Source of the DNA: a virus
Lineage: Duplodnaviria > Caudoviricetes
Direction: 5' to 3' (one strand)
Length of the DNA stretch: 64,000 nucleotides
IMG/VR virus record: IMGVR_UViG_3300048802_000015
Location: 17,906-81,905 of that record
The notes under the pieces were generated by a model, which was not told the DNA's origin, did not search any database, and saw nothing but the letters and a program-made list of their open reading frames with translations. Position numbers and translations under genes: made by a program. Shown here in pieces: positions 53,318 to 61,920 of the stretch; within the stretch, counting starts at the first letter, position 1, and each line of letters opens with the position of its first letter.

Positions 53318-54798
53318 GATGGCCTCACGGTGATGCGCCCGCCGCGACAGGTTTTAGGCACTATTTCTCCTGCCTGGAGACCGGCGCGACCTGCGCCGCG
53401 TGGTTCGCCGATTGCGTCTGGATCGCCCACCTCTTCGCCAATTGGGAACGTCTGCACGATCATGACTGGGGCCGGGCTTGCGACCTCCAGCCGCGCCGCC
53501 ACGACTGGCCATTCCACGTTTTCGAACTGCGCCGCGATGCCGAGGTGCTTGCCGATACCGAAGTCCAGCGCATAGGAGTGCGTGAAGGTGTCGATCGCCA
53601 GTAGCACTCGGCAGCCCACCGGCACGGCCCCATTCCCATCGATCATGGCATTTCGCATCCGCCCGCGTCGTTCGTCCCACACCGTCAACGCCCACCCTTC
53701 CGAGCTGGCCGCACAGCACAGCCGCAGGTCCAGAAGGTATGACTCCCACGAGCCCCAGGTGAGGTTGGCTTCGAACAGCAGGCGGTCGCTTAGTGCGGCG
53801 TCCGGGGTGGGCCCGGCGAAGCGCCCGAGCTGGGCGAAGTGCGCCTCGTGTAGCACCACCGCGTTGTAAGCGGCGGGCTCCTGGCGCAAAAGCTCGGCGT
53901 GTTGGCTCCAGCCCGTGGGCGCCATTAGGGGCGGGGCTGCGGTGCCGATCTCGAGCGCGACTGCCACCGTGCGGGTCTCCATCTGGTATGGCTCGCGCCG
54001 GCCGAGATACGTGTTGGGTGCCTGCCCCGCGAACTTCCCGGCCGCCCAGCATGCGTCTACGTATTCGAGCTTGCGGATGGCTGCCGGCCACCCGGCGTAT
54101 TGCTGCCTCCAGTTGCTAGTTGGATCGAGCCAGCATGCGAACGTCTCGGCCCAATCCTCGTCCGGATGCTTCTGCGCGTAGTGGGCCCGGACGCCTACCA
54201 GGTACTCAACAAAGTCCCGGCTGCCCTCCACCGGCGTGAATTCCTCTAGGTACGGCGCGCGCGAGTCCCCGAAGACCTCCTGCCAGCCCGCCTCCCGCCA
54301 GATTTCGAAGGCGTAGCAGAGAGCGTGCCCGGCCTCGTGGCGCAGGGTCTTCAGCATCTCCTCGGGCGTGTAGGCAGAGCGCGCGCTGCGGTTGGCGAGC
54401 CTCCAGAGAACTGGATTCGCGTAGCAGTAGGGGATGTTGATGCTGACCGCTCGGTCGGCGGTCCAGAAGTCATCGCCACCCGTGCCGAGGTACCAGGCCG
54501 GGCGGAAGGCAATTGCTCGAGCTGCCAGGTTGGCTTCTACCGTCTGCAGGTGCTCGGCCAGGGGACCGACCGGGTGCAGGTCGAGCCGCGCCACCGGGGT
54601 GCGCAGCAGGGCCTCGGTGGTGGCGTCGCTGGCCGGGGCGTTGGCCGCCCGCCACTCTACGATGGGGTAGGCGGCTTCGATGGCGTTCAGCCGGTCCACG
54701 GCCTGGTGATAGAGGGCGAGGTGGGCGGTCAGAGCTCGGTCGCTGATTCCGCGAAGGTTGCCCAGCAGGTGGTCGAAGACTACGGGCTTGATGGCCAC
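53314..54798 (-). CDS. Fe/Mn superoxide dismutase-fold protein with inserted zinc metallopeptidase domain
   Basis: SOD: TAHLALY, YNAVVLHEAHF, WGSW, GWA, IDTFTHSY, VEWPVV; peptidase: LRHEAGH, YAQKHPDEDWAETFA. Confidence 0.78.
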   Translation of the reverse strand: MAIKPVVFDHLLGNLRGISDRALTAHLALYHQAVDRLNAIEAAYPIVEWRAANAPASDATTEALLRTPVARLDLHPVGPLAEHLQTVEANLAARAIAFRPAWYLGTGGDDFWTADRAVSINIPYCYANPVLWRLANRSARSAYTPEEMLKTLRHEAGHALCYAFEIWREAGWQEVFGDSRAPYLEEFTPVEGSRDFVEYLVGVRAHYAQKHPDEDWAETFACWLDPTSNWRQQYAGWPAAIRKLEYVDACWAAGKFAGQAPNTYLGRREPYQMETRTVAVALEIGTAAPPLMAPTGWSQHAELLRQEPAAYNAVVLHEAHFAQLGRFAGPTPDAALSDRLLFEANLTWGSWESYLLDLRLCCAASSEGWALTVWDERRGRMRNAMIDGNGAVPVGCRVLLAIDTFTHSYALDFGIGKHLGIAAQFENVEWPVVAARLEVASPAPVMIVQTFPIGEEVGDPDAIGEPRGAGRAGLQAGEIVPKTCRGGRITVRPS

Positions 54799-54923
54799 GC
54801 GGCTTCCTCTCCCCGGTCGCGCCCAGCCAGCTCTTTCACCGTCTCAATCGCAAGGCACCAAGAGCACTTGTCCGCCACGTGCGGGCGGTCGACAGGGCCT
54901 TGGCAGCGCTTGCACTTGGTCAT
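54780..54923 (-). CDS. Mini zinc-finger protein (47 aa, not in ORF track)
   Basis: MTKCKRC...KCSWC; ATGA overlap. Confidence 0.55.
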   Translation of the reverse strand: MTKCKRCQGPVDRPHVADKCSWCLAIETVKELAGRDRGEEAAWPSSP

Positions 54924-55186
54924 CTACCCGCCCTGAAGCTGTGCAGGGCCATCGATATTCCCTTGCGGTTCTCGGGCTTGATCTTGTCCCAGTCGATCCA
55001 TCGCTCACGGTGTACCATGCGCCCGCGCTTTTTTGCGGCCACGCTCCCAACGTCGGGTCGAATGATTCCCTTTGCTCGAGCAGCGGCGCAGGCGTCGCAA
55101 CCATCCGTGTGATAGGCCGGCGCGCCGCTGGTAGCGTGCGCAGCGCAGAGCGTTCTCCCATCACGTGTGTGACAGAGCTTGCCCAC
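54920..55186 (-). CDS. Small Cys/His-rich basic protein
   Basis: GTG 2 nt after upstream stop; C/H cluster LCH..LCAAH..HTDGCDAC. Confidence 0.5.
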   Translation of the reverse strand: MGKLCHTRDGRTLCAAHATSGAPAYHTDGCDACAAARAKGIIRPDVGSVAAKKRGRMVHRERWIDWDKIKPENRKGISMALHSFRAGR

Positions 55187-55187
55187 G

Positions 55188-55940
55188 CTACACCGCCAAG
55201 CTCGCAATGGCCGCGCGTAGGCCGTCCATGTCGAGCCCGGAATAGGCCCGTCCGTCCTGGCCGAGGTCGTCATGGCTGATCGCGCACCTGGCATCGAAGG
55301 CGTACCGAAAGACGAACGCCCACGAGGCAAAAATCCATTGTCCCCAGCTGTTGACCAGTACGCCATCCAGCTCGTTCGCGGCGAACGCCCACACCCAGTG
55401 TCCTCCCCACACCCCGCCGTCGTCTCCCTTGGTAACGTCCCACACCGCTGCGCCTTGTACGCATTTGGGTAGGCTGAACATCATGTGAATGCCGCCCAGC
55501 TCAAACGCCGCAGCGGTCATGGCCACTGGGTCGTTGTAGTCAACCATAAGGGACGCGGCGAGATTGCACCCACAGATACCCGTCTCGCGCCAGTAGGCCA
55601 GGACGGCGTCTGCCACCACGCCTTCTCCCGTCCCGCCGTTGATGGCGTTCCACGCTGCCAGTACGCCCTTGGTGGTCACGCGTGCCGATCGCCCCGCGCG
55701 ATCGTCCATCCAGATGATGTTGTGACCAGGACCAGCCAGCCCGCAATCCCCGTTGTCGAGGTTCCCCAGCGGGTCGGTGTCCTTGGGTAGGCCGAGCGTG
55801 ATGTCCACGGCCGCCGGAGATGCGATGGCCGGTGCTGCCTTAGCGCGGAAGTCGGAGAGCCGAAGCTTGGTAGTAGGGTGCGTGGGCGGACCGCCGATGA
55901 GGCCAAGCGGGACGGGGAGCCGGGTCACGGGGTGCAGCAT
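55188..55940 (-). CDS. Papain-like (C1A) cysteine peptidase
   Basis: GNLDNGDC (Cys), GGHWV (His), VNSWG (Asn). Confidence 0.8.
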   Translation of the reverse strand: MLHPVTRLPVPLGLIGGPPTHPTTKLRLSDFRAKAAPAIASPAAVDITLGLPKDTDPLGNLDNGDCGLAGPGHNIIWMDDRAGRSARVTTKGVLAAWNAINGGTGEGVVADAVLAYWRETGICGCNLAASLMVDYNDPVAMTAAAFELGGIHMMFSLPKCVQGAAVWDVTKGDDGGVWGGHWVWAFAANELDGVLVNSWGQWIFASWAFVFRYAFDARCAISHDDLGQDGRAYSGLDMDGLRAAIASLAV

Positions 55941-55949
55941 GGGTTACTC

Positions 55950-56348
55950 CTACGGCGCAGCCCTTCGGAACTTCACCTGCTCCGTTCGTAGCCACGCGTT
56001 CGCGTTTGCAAGACCAGCGGAATCTTCTACCGTCGCGGTGCCCTTGTTGATCTTCACCGCCGTACTGGTCGCATAGGCACGCACGAGGCAGGCGACTTCG
56101 TCAACGGTCCAGGTGCCACCCGCGACGAGGCCCGAGAGACAACCGGCGTAGTCACCGGCCACGGCACTGACAAGGCACTGGTAGACCGCCTGCTCGGCCT
56201 GCGGGTTGGCGACGTTGGATTCGGTGCAGGTCACGACGGCCTGGTAGAAGCTGTCGGGGCTGGTCGGCGTGGTCTTGCAGGATGTGACCACGAGGGTTGC
56301 GTAGGTGGAGACAAAGGCGACGATGAGGGAGAGAAGAGTGCGTTTCAT
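55950..56348 (-). CDS. Putative lipoprotein
   Basis: MKR plus hydrophobic core plus VTSC lipobox-like site. Confidence 0.65.
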   Translation of the reverse strand: MKRTLLSLIVAFVSTYATLVVTSCKTTPTSPDSFYQAVVTCTESNVANPQAEQAVYQCLVSAVAGDYAGCLSGLVAGGTWTVDEVACLVRAYATSTAVKINKGTATVEDSAGLANANAWLRTEQVKFRRAAP

Positions 56349-56360
56349 TGGGAAATCCTT

Positions 56361-56789
56361 TCAGGTCTTGGTTGGGTCGTTGGGTGGCAAAGTCGGTTTG
56401 ATCACAACGCCTCTCGGCGGTACAGGCTTTGTAATGTCCTCTGCACTTTGCGTCGGCATCGGCGCCACCGGGATCACCGAGGCACGGTTGCTCGCCACCT
56501 GCGACGGGTCGGCGGCCACGACCACGAGGGACGGCGTCCCTGGCGATGTTGGCGGCTTAACCTGAACAACTGCCGAACCGTCGAGCAATGGGATGACCTG
56601 CTGCCAGATGAACTGCGCGCGCGAAAGCACACCGACAGCGCTAGCGATGAGTAGAGTCACACTCCATCCCGGTGGTAGTCCCTTCAGCACAACTAGAAGT
56701 ACGGGGATGGCTAAGGCGAAGAACGCTCCTATGCCATTGACGACTTTTGATCGGTTCAACGTCTTGATGAAATTCAAGATTGCGGTCAT
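56361..56789 (-). CDS. Putative holin-like membrane protein
   Basis: Two TM segments, Pro-rich C-terminus; GGAGG RBS. Confidence 0.55.
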   Translation of the reverse strand: MTAILNFIKTLNRSKVVNGIGAFFALAIPVLLVVLKGLPPGWSVTLLIASAVGVLSRAQFIWQQVIPLLDGSAVVQVKPPTSPGTPSLVVVAADPSQVASNRASVIPVAPMPTQSAEDITKPVPPRGVVIKPTLPPNDPTKT

Positions 56790-56801
56790 GAGTTCCTCCA
56801 A

Positions 56802-57146
56802 TTACTTCTTCTCGTCTTCGGCCGCGCGTAGGCGGTCGATAAACTTGCAGACTACACGCTCCACGAACGAGCCACCCGCCACGGTGCCCTCGGCGCCGTA
56901 CTTCTCCAGCAGGTAGTCCTTCGTGCCGCTCTCGATGTCGACCACGACTTCCGCAGTGGGCCACTGAGTCCACGGTGTGGAGTTGCGCGCGCCTCCCGGC
57001 AGGGCCAGCTCTTCGATGCGCTCAAGCTCAAGCTGCTCGAAAGCGCGGTTCTTTCGCTTTCGGTTGCTGTGGTTCGTCTCGGCCTGGGCACCCGACAGGG
57101 CCATGTAGAGGCAGACTAGCTCGCGGTCGTTCGTGGTGATTTTCAT
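56802..57146 (-). CDS. Hypothetical protein
   Basis: GGAGG RBS, own promoter. Confidence 0.6.
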   Translation of the reverse strand: MKITTNDRELVCLYMALSGAQAETNHSNRKRKNRAFEQLELERIEELALPGGARNSTPWTQWPTAEVVVDIESGTKDYLLEKYGAEGTVAGGSFVERVVCKFIDRLRAAEDEKK

Positions 57147-57166
57147 CAAGAGTCCTCCTGGCGGCA

Positions 57167-57195
57167 ACCCTACGCTAGTGGCACTTTCCGGTCAA
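57167..57195 (-). promoter_or_regulatory. Putative sigma70 promoter
   Basis: TTGACC-N17-TAGGGT; spacer ends in ACTAGCG. Confidence 0.6.
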
Positions 57196-57200
57196 GCCCA

Positions 57201-57539
57201 TCACTGCGCGTAGCGCTTCAGGCGGAAGTTCATGTCGACGATGGTGATGTCCGTCGCGTCCGTCTGGTTGTTGCAGAGCGTGAGGAGGACGTCGCCCGCG
57301 GCGACGAGGGTGTGCGCGCCGAGGGTGATCTGTACCTGACCGCCCCCGGCGTTCGCGACTGCGCTGAAGGTCCCGGACTGCCCGGCTACGAACGTCCAGC
57401 CGTCGAGCGTCCCAGCAACCACCCCCGATGTCCAGAAGGGATGGTAGGTGTTGATCTGGTCAATGCCCATCAAGGCAGCGTTCGCGTATTCGAACATGCC
57501 GCCGATGCCGCTGGTTGCTGGATTTGGAAGGTAGGACAT
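57201..57539 (-). CDS. Putative virion protein
   Basis: 112 aa, beta-rich. Confidence 0.5.
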   Translation of the reverse strand: MSYLPNPATSGIGGMFEYANAALMGIDQINTYHPFWTSGVVAGTLDGWTFVAGQSGTFSAVANAGGGQVQITLGAHTLVAAGDVLLTLCNNQTDATDITIVDMNFRLKRYAQ

Positions 57540-57555
57540 CGCCTGCTTTGATTGG

Positions 57556-58065
57556 TTAGAAGTTGACGGCAACCTGAACGGTGTCGGTGTAGGCACCTGG
57601 TGCCAGTGAAAGCCCGGCTGCAATGCGTCCGTAGACAGTGTACACTCGCTCATTACTATTTGGAGCCGCCGGCGTTGTCATGACATTGGTCCCAGTGCTC
57701 CAAATGATCGAATGTGACGAGTCTTGATAGAGAGCGTAGGGCACGAAGTGAGCGCCGCCAGCATCTCCCAAGTAGGCTTGAGCACCAGCAACGTGCAATC
57801 CTCCTCCCAGGCCGATGGAGGCCACTGCCCCCGTCGTGCATGTTAGCGTCACGGATCCTTGGCCATCATCGGGTTGAGTCGCGTTGGAGCCCAGGGGTTC
57901 GTAAGTAGAAAAGTTGAGCGATGCGGTTGTGACAGAGCACGCCGAGTCGACGGTGGCAGTCACGCTTAGGTTTGCGGTGGCCGTGCCGGCTTGAGCTGCC
58001 GAGGAAAAGATGGCTAAAGTTCCAAGAGCAATGATTGTCGTAAGAATGGATGCGAGCTTCTTCAT
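57556..58065 (-). CDS. Spore coat protein U / Csu-type fimbrial subunit
   Basis: Signal peptide ending AQA; GTATANLSVTATV..C...LNF, VTLTCT, YALYQD, VYGRI, GAYTDTV.V.VNF. Confidence 0.88.
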   Translation of the reverse strand: MKKLASILTTIIALGTLAIFSSAAQAGTATANLSVTATVDSACSVTTASLNFSTYEPLGSNATQPDDGQGSVTLTCTTGAVASIGLGGGLHVAGAQAYLGDAGGAHFVPYALYQDSSHSIIWSTGTNVMTTPAAPNSNERVYTVYGRIAAGLSLAPGAYTDTVQVAVNF

Positions 58066-58096
58066 GACGTTTCTCCTTTGGTGGTCGGTTGTTAAG

Positions 58097-60628
58097 CTAA
58101 GAGAGTTCCCAGTTGTTCGTTGTGGCGTTGGACGTGAATTTAATGAGTGAGCCTGTCACGTTCTGCGGATAGTTTCCAGCCACGTTTTCAATAGTGTCGG
58201 CCCCATTGCGAACCCAAGTGATGGGGTTGACCGCAGCGTTGTAGCCCGAATCCTTGGCTTGAATAACGAATCCGTTTCCGACTATGGCTATGGATGGAAG
58301 ATTTAGGGAGATTGCCGAGGTCGCAGTTCGACGAACTTGAAGGTAGTAATCCGTAGCGAGAATGATATATGGACCCGCAACGTTGACGTCGGTGCTATGG
58401 ATGGTCAGTCCGCCTCCAAACTTAGTATTGCCGTCTACTCCCAGCGACCAGTTGCGGGCGGCGCTGGCCGGTCCTGCGCCTCCAAATGAGGCAGTCCCAA
58501 TGCGACAGGTAAAAAAGTCGGCGATGACAACAGCTGAGCTGGCATTGATCGTTGGGGCTTCAATGTAGACAGCATTTAAGGTTGTGACGTCTCCCGCCGC
58601 GCCCCCCAGGGTTAGGGTTCCCAAAAAGTCGATACCGTTCCAGCCAACACTGTCTATAGCAGCGGCGGTGATAGTAGGGCTGGCAGGCGGCGAAGTGTCG
58701 ACGCGAAACTTTTTGTAGAAATTAGCACCAACGGGGATTCCAGCATTGCCGTTGGACTTGAATCCAAACATCTGGGTCCAAGCAGTGGAGAAGTCGCGCT
58801 TGAAAACCGCCAGCGAGCTGGTGCCGCTGACTACACCAATCTTAAATCCGGAACCGCCTACGTCGTATTGCCATTCGAGACCTCCGACGGCATTTGTGGT
58901 GTCGATGCCGTTGTTCGTGATCTTTATTGTTCCAGGAAACGTAGAGTTTCCCGCTGTCGAGGTGGAAACACCGGTGACAACTTCTAGAGACGTTACTGCC
59001 CCTATGGTCGTATTGATTCCAACGTTGTTAGAGAATTGTGAATTGCCACTTGCGACCAGAAGGGCTAGGGGATTGGTTAGTGTTGCTGGTCCCGCCCCGA
59101 CTCCCGCTGGAGGTCCCGCAATCGTCAAAGTGGCAGCGGTGGCAATTGTAATGGCAGAAGCGGCGCTGACTGAAGGCGCCGCAAGTGTCACGAGCGACAA
59201 AGCGGTCACGGGCGTCGTGGCGCCCGTCAACGTCAGCGTCGACGTTCCGACGCTGAGGGCATTCCACTTGGCCCCTGTTGCGGAAACAACCGACTGTGTT
59301 CCGATGAACTGCGATGATCCCCCTTGAACCCAGAACGCGAGAGGATTCGTAAGCGTTGCGTTCGCTCCAGCAATCGGTGCTCCTGAAATCGCAACCGTTG
59401 CCGCTGTTGTAATCGTCGAAGTTCCGACGAAAGAATATGTAGGAGCCTGAAAAAGCACTTCGCGCTGTGTAGCTATTGAGCCGGTTGCCCACTGCTTGGT
59501 AGCACTGAAATTGAAATTGGCTCCAATATCCTCGTTGGCCGAGGTAATCGCCGTGTGAGCTCCTCCAGTTAGCACGAAGGCACTGGGGACGGCGGCGTTG
59601 ACTATGGGCTGGACGATCTGTAATGTGGCAGTAGGCGACGTGACGCCAATGCCCAAGCGGAAGTTGGTGTTGTCCCAGAAAAAATTGGGGTTGTTTTGAA
59701 TCAGCGTTCCGGTTGCGCTTCCGAAAGGCACAGAACCCTGAGTGAACCCTCCCGCCGCCGGTCCCATGAGCAGCGGCACATAGCCTCCGCCATTTGCGCT
59801 CACGAAAAACTGCTGCGTACTCGTGCGATAGCCGAGGCGTCCGGTATTGGCCTGCGAAACAACCGTCGCGCCGTTCTCGACCACGAGGTCGCTCTCAGTG
59901 GGAGGACTCAGCGATGCTCCCAGGACGAGGCCAGCGCCGAACTGGACCGCTCCCGCGGCACCCAGGGACCATCCCCGCGTGATCGTTGCCGTCCCGGCGG
60001 GGGCCGCATCGAACAGGACGTTGTAGGCATCGGTCACCGTGTTGCCGGCGCCGTTGATGACGGCCGCGCCCACGTGCACCTGAGCCACTGCGGTGGCGGA
60101 CGCCGGTCCACCGGTCAGCGTGAGGGTACTCGCCGGGAAGTTGACGGCGTTCCAGGCCGCTCCCAGGGCCGCTGCCACCGATATCGACGAGACAGCCGAT
60201 AGACCTCCGACCCGCGGGAAGTTGACCAGGCCGGAGCCAGTCCCCTTGACCTGCATCGCGTAGGTGCCGGTGAACCCAGCATCCGTACCGTCAACGATGA
60301 ATGCCCCACCCTTTGTGTCCTTCAGCGTGAAGGTCTGGTCGGCCGCAGCGCCGCCGAGGTTGTAGGAAGCGGCGAGCGTGCTTCCGCCGCCGCCCATCAG
60401 ACTGTGCCGCACTCCAAGTGCGTCGGTCCAGTAGAGAGCTACGCCGTCGCTTTCGATGGCCCCGCTCGCGGGAGCGGCAAGGAGCACACCAGGGGCCATG
60501 TAGAGACTGGCCAGGCCAGCCCCGGCCTGGCCCGCGCTTAGCTTGAGGATATCGACAACGAGGGCATCGGGCCCGTGCAGGTTTCGGTGGATCCCAGCAT
60601 CGAGAACGACTGGCCGTAAATCTGACAT
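58097..60628 (-). CDS. Tail fibre/virion fibre-like protein (843 aa)
   Basis: Gly/Ala/Thr-rich with internal W-N...TLTL repeats and a C-terminal TDYY...NLP...KDSG..AAVNPIT...NW domain. Confidence 0.7.
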   Translation of the reverse strand: MSDLRPVVLDAGIHRNLHGPDALVVDILKLSAGQAGAGLASLYMAPGVLLAAPASGAIESDGVALYWTDALGVRHSLMGGGGSTLAASYNLGGAAADQTFTLKDTKGGAFIVDGTDAGFTGTYAMQVKGTGSGLVNFPRVGGLSAVSSISVAAALGAAWNAVNFPASTLTLTGGPASATAVAQVHVGAAVINGAGNTVTDAYNVLFDAAPAGTATITRGWSLGAAGAVQFGAGLVLGASLSPPTESDLVVENGATVVSQANTGRLGYRTSTQQFFVSANGGGYVPLLMGPAAGGFTQGSVPFGSATGTLIQNNPNFFWDNTNFRLGIGVTSPTATLQIVQPIVNAAVPSAFVLTGGAHTAITSANEDIGANFNFSATKQWATGSIATQREVLFQAPTYSFVGTSTITTAATVAISGAPIAGANATLTNPLAFWVQGGSSQFIGTQSVVSATGAKWNALSVGTSTLTLTGATTPVTALSLVTLAAPSVSAASAITIATAATLTIAGPPAGVGAGPATLTNPLALLVASGNSQFSNNVGINTTIGAVTSLEVVTGVSTSTAGNSTFPGTIKITNNGIDTTNAVGGLEWQYDVGGSGFKIGVVSGTSSLAVFKRDFSTAWTQMFGFKSNGNAGIPVGANFYKKFRVDTSPPASPTITAAAIDSVGWNGIDFLGTLTLGGAAGDVTTLNAVYIEAPTINASSAVVIADFFTCRIGTASFGGAGPASAARNWSLGVDGNTKFGGGLTIHSTDVNVAGPYIILATDYYLQVRRTATSAISLNLPSIAIVGNGFVIQAKDSGYNAAVNPITWVRNGADTIENVAGNYPQNVTGSLIKFTSNATTNNWELS

Positions 60629-60638
60629 CGGGTCTCTC

Positions 60639-61040
60639 CTAGAGAACGGTGTAGTCGTCGTCCTGGACGGCGATGGTCAGGGTGGTGGCGTTCTTGGCAC
60701 GCCCGACCCCCTGAACGACGTTCCCGGCCACGGCAGGAGCGGTCGCGGTGATTTGCCCGGCCACCTTGGCGGCGTAGTATTCCGTGTCGCCTACCAGCGT
60801 GAACCCGGCTAGGTCGCCAGCCGAGCGCAGGAGCCCGCTCGTAGCGCTGGGCTTCGACACGATGAAGCCCGCCACCGGCATGGTTGCTTCGGCGGTCGCG
60901 TTGGCCTTGGCGTAGAGGTCGGAAGCCTTGAGGTAGACCGCGTCGAGCGCAGCAACCGCAGCCTCGACCGTGACCAGAACGTCGTCGTTGGGCGCGCCCG
61001 AGCTGGGCGGCATCCACCGCGAGTAGGTGCCGGTGGTCAT
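60639..61040 (-). CDS. DUF2190/beta-clip-like virion protein
   Basis: AVYL...AKANA...PVAGF...YY...GQITATAP..G.VVQ.VG.A. Confidence 0.55.
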   Translation of the reverse strand: MTTGTYSRWMPPSSGAPNDDVLVTVEAAVAALDAVYLKASDLYAKANATAEATMPVAGFIVSKPSATSGLLRSAGDLAGFTLVGDTEYYAAKVAGQITATAPAVAGNVVQGVGRAKNATTLTIAVQDDDYTVL

Positions 61041-61396
61041 TGCTCCCTCGACACTTTGCCCACGATCACGTCGCCCGCGCCGCCGCTCGTGCGCGTGTAG
61101 ATGGGCCGGATGAAGCCCATGTCGGTCTCGATTTCGTCCGCGCAGGACGTTCCGGCCGAGCCCGCTGGCGAGCCCAGGGCCGGGGTGAAGGTGCCCGGCA
61201 GGTCGAACGGCAAGGCCTTGTCCTGGCTCACCTGGAAGGACAGGGCGCCCAGCGGCGCGTGGCTGGCAGCCGACCAGTCGAAGGCGAAGCTGATGCGCCC
61301 GTGCGTGACGGCGATCCATTCGCCCGTGAGGGACTGCCCGAGGTCGCCGGCTTGACCTCCAGCCGACCAATAGAACGTGGCGGTCTCTGTACGCAT
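61037..61396 (-). CDS. Putative small virion protein
   Basis: 119 aa, beta-rich, ATGA overlap. Confidence 0.55.
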   Translation of the reverse strand: MRTETATFYWSAGGQAGDLGQSLTGEWIAVTHGRISFAFDWSAASHAPLGALSFQVSQDKALPFDLPGTFTPALGSPAGSAGTSCADEIETDMGFIRPIYTRTSGGAGDVIVGKVSREQ

Positions 61397-61546
61397 GCGG
61401 CACCCCTTTGTTGGATGCCTACACCTTCTCGCGTTTCGGAGCGTTGGTCAAGGCGGATAGGTTGTCCAGGAGCCAGAGAGCGTGACAACTCCCCTACCTG
61501 CCGGAGACGGCGAGGTAGGGGCTTCTCGGTTCTTTGGACTCAAAAC

Positions 61547-61891
61547 CTAGTTCCGTCGCGCCCGCCGCATCTCCCGCGAGGCGTGCTTGGCTGCGTCCAC
61601 CAGGGTCAGCATGATGTGGCTATTGTCGGCGCCTACGTGGTCGAGCTCCAGGCCGTCGACGAAGTAGAGCAGCGCCGCCATCTCGCCCTGGTTCATAGGC
61701 TGGAACGCTTCGAGAAACTCAACCAATCTTCCAAGCATGGTCACGAAGGATTCAGCCAAGGGACGACGGTTGGCTGGCGCGCAGAGCTTCGTGGGTACCA
61801 CGCGGGCGAGCCGGTCTTCGAGGGCCTGGACCAGGGCGGCGGCTTCGTCGACCTCGGCGGGGGTTGCTGTGGGCGGGGTTGGGTCAGTCAT
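61547..61891 (-). CDS. Hypothetical protein
   Basis: AGGAG RBS; helical 114 aa. Confidence 0.6.
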   Translation of the reverse strand: MTDPTPPTATPAEVDEAAALVQALEDRLARVVPTKLCAPANRRPLAESFVTMLGRLVEFLEAFQPMNQGEMAALLYFVDGLELDHVGADNSHIMLTLVDAAKHASREMRRARRN

Positions 61892-61920
61892 CGTGGGTCT
61901 CCTGAGCTGGCACTTCGGCA

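Noticed and set aside
61482-61511. Strong hairpin CCCTACCT-GCCG-GAGA-CGGC-G-AGGTAGGG (and GGCCGCTC/GAGCGGCC at about 8201-8221)
   Set aside because: Isolated stems without a clear U-tract; probably ordinary terminators or stabilisers, not enough for a call
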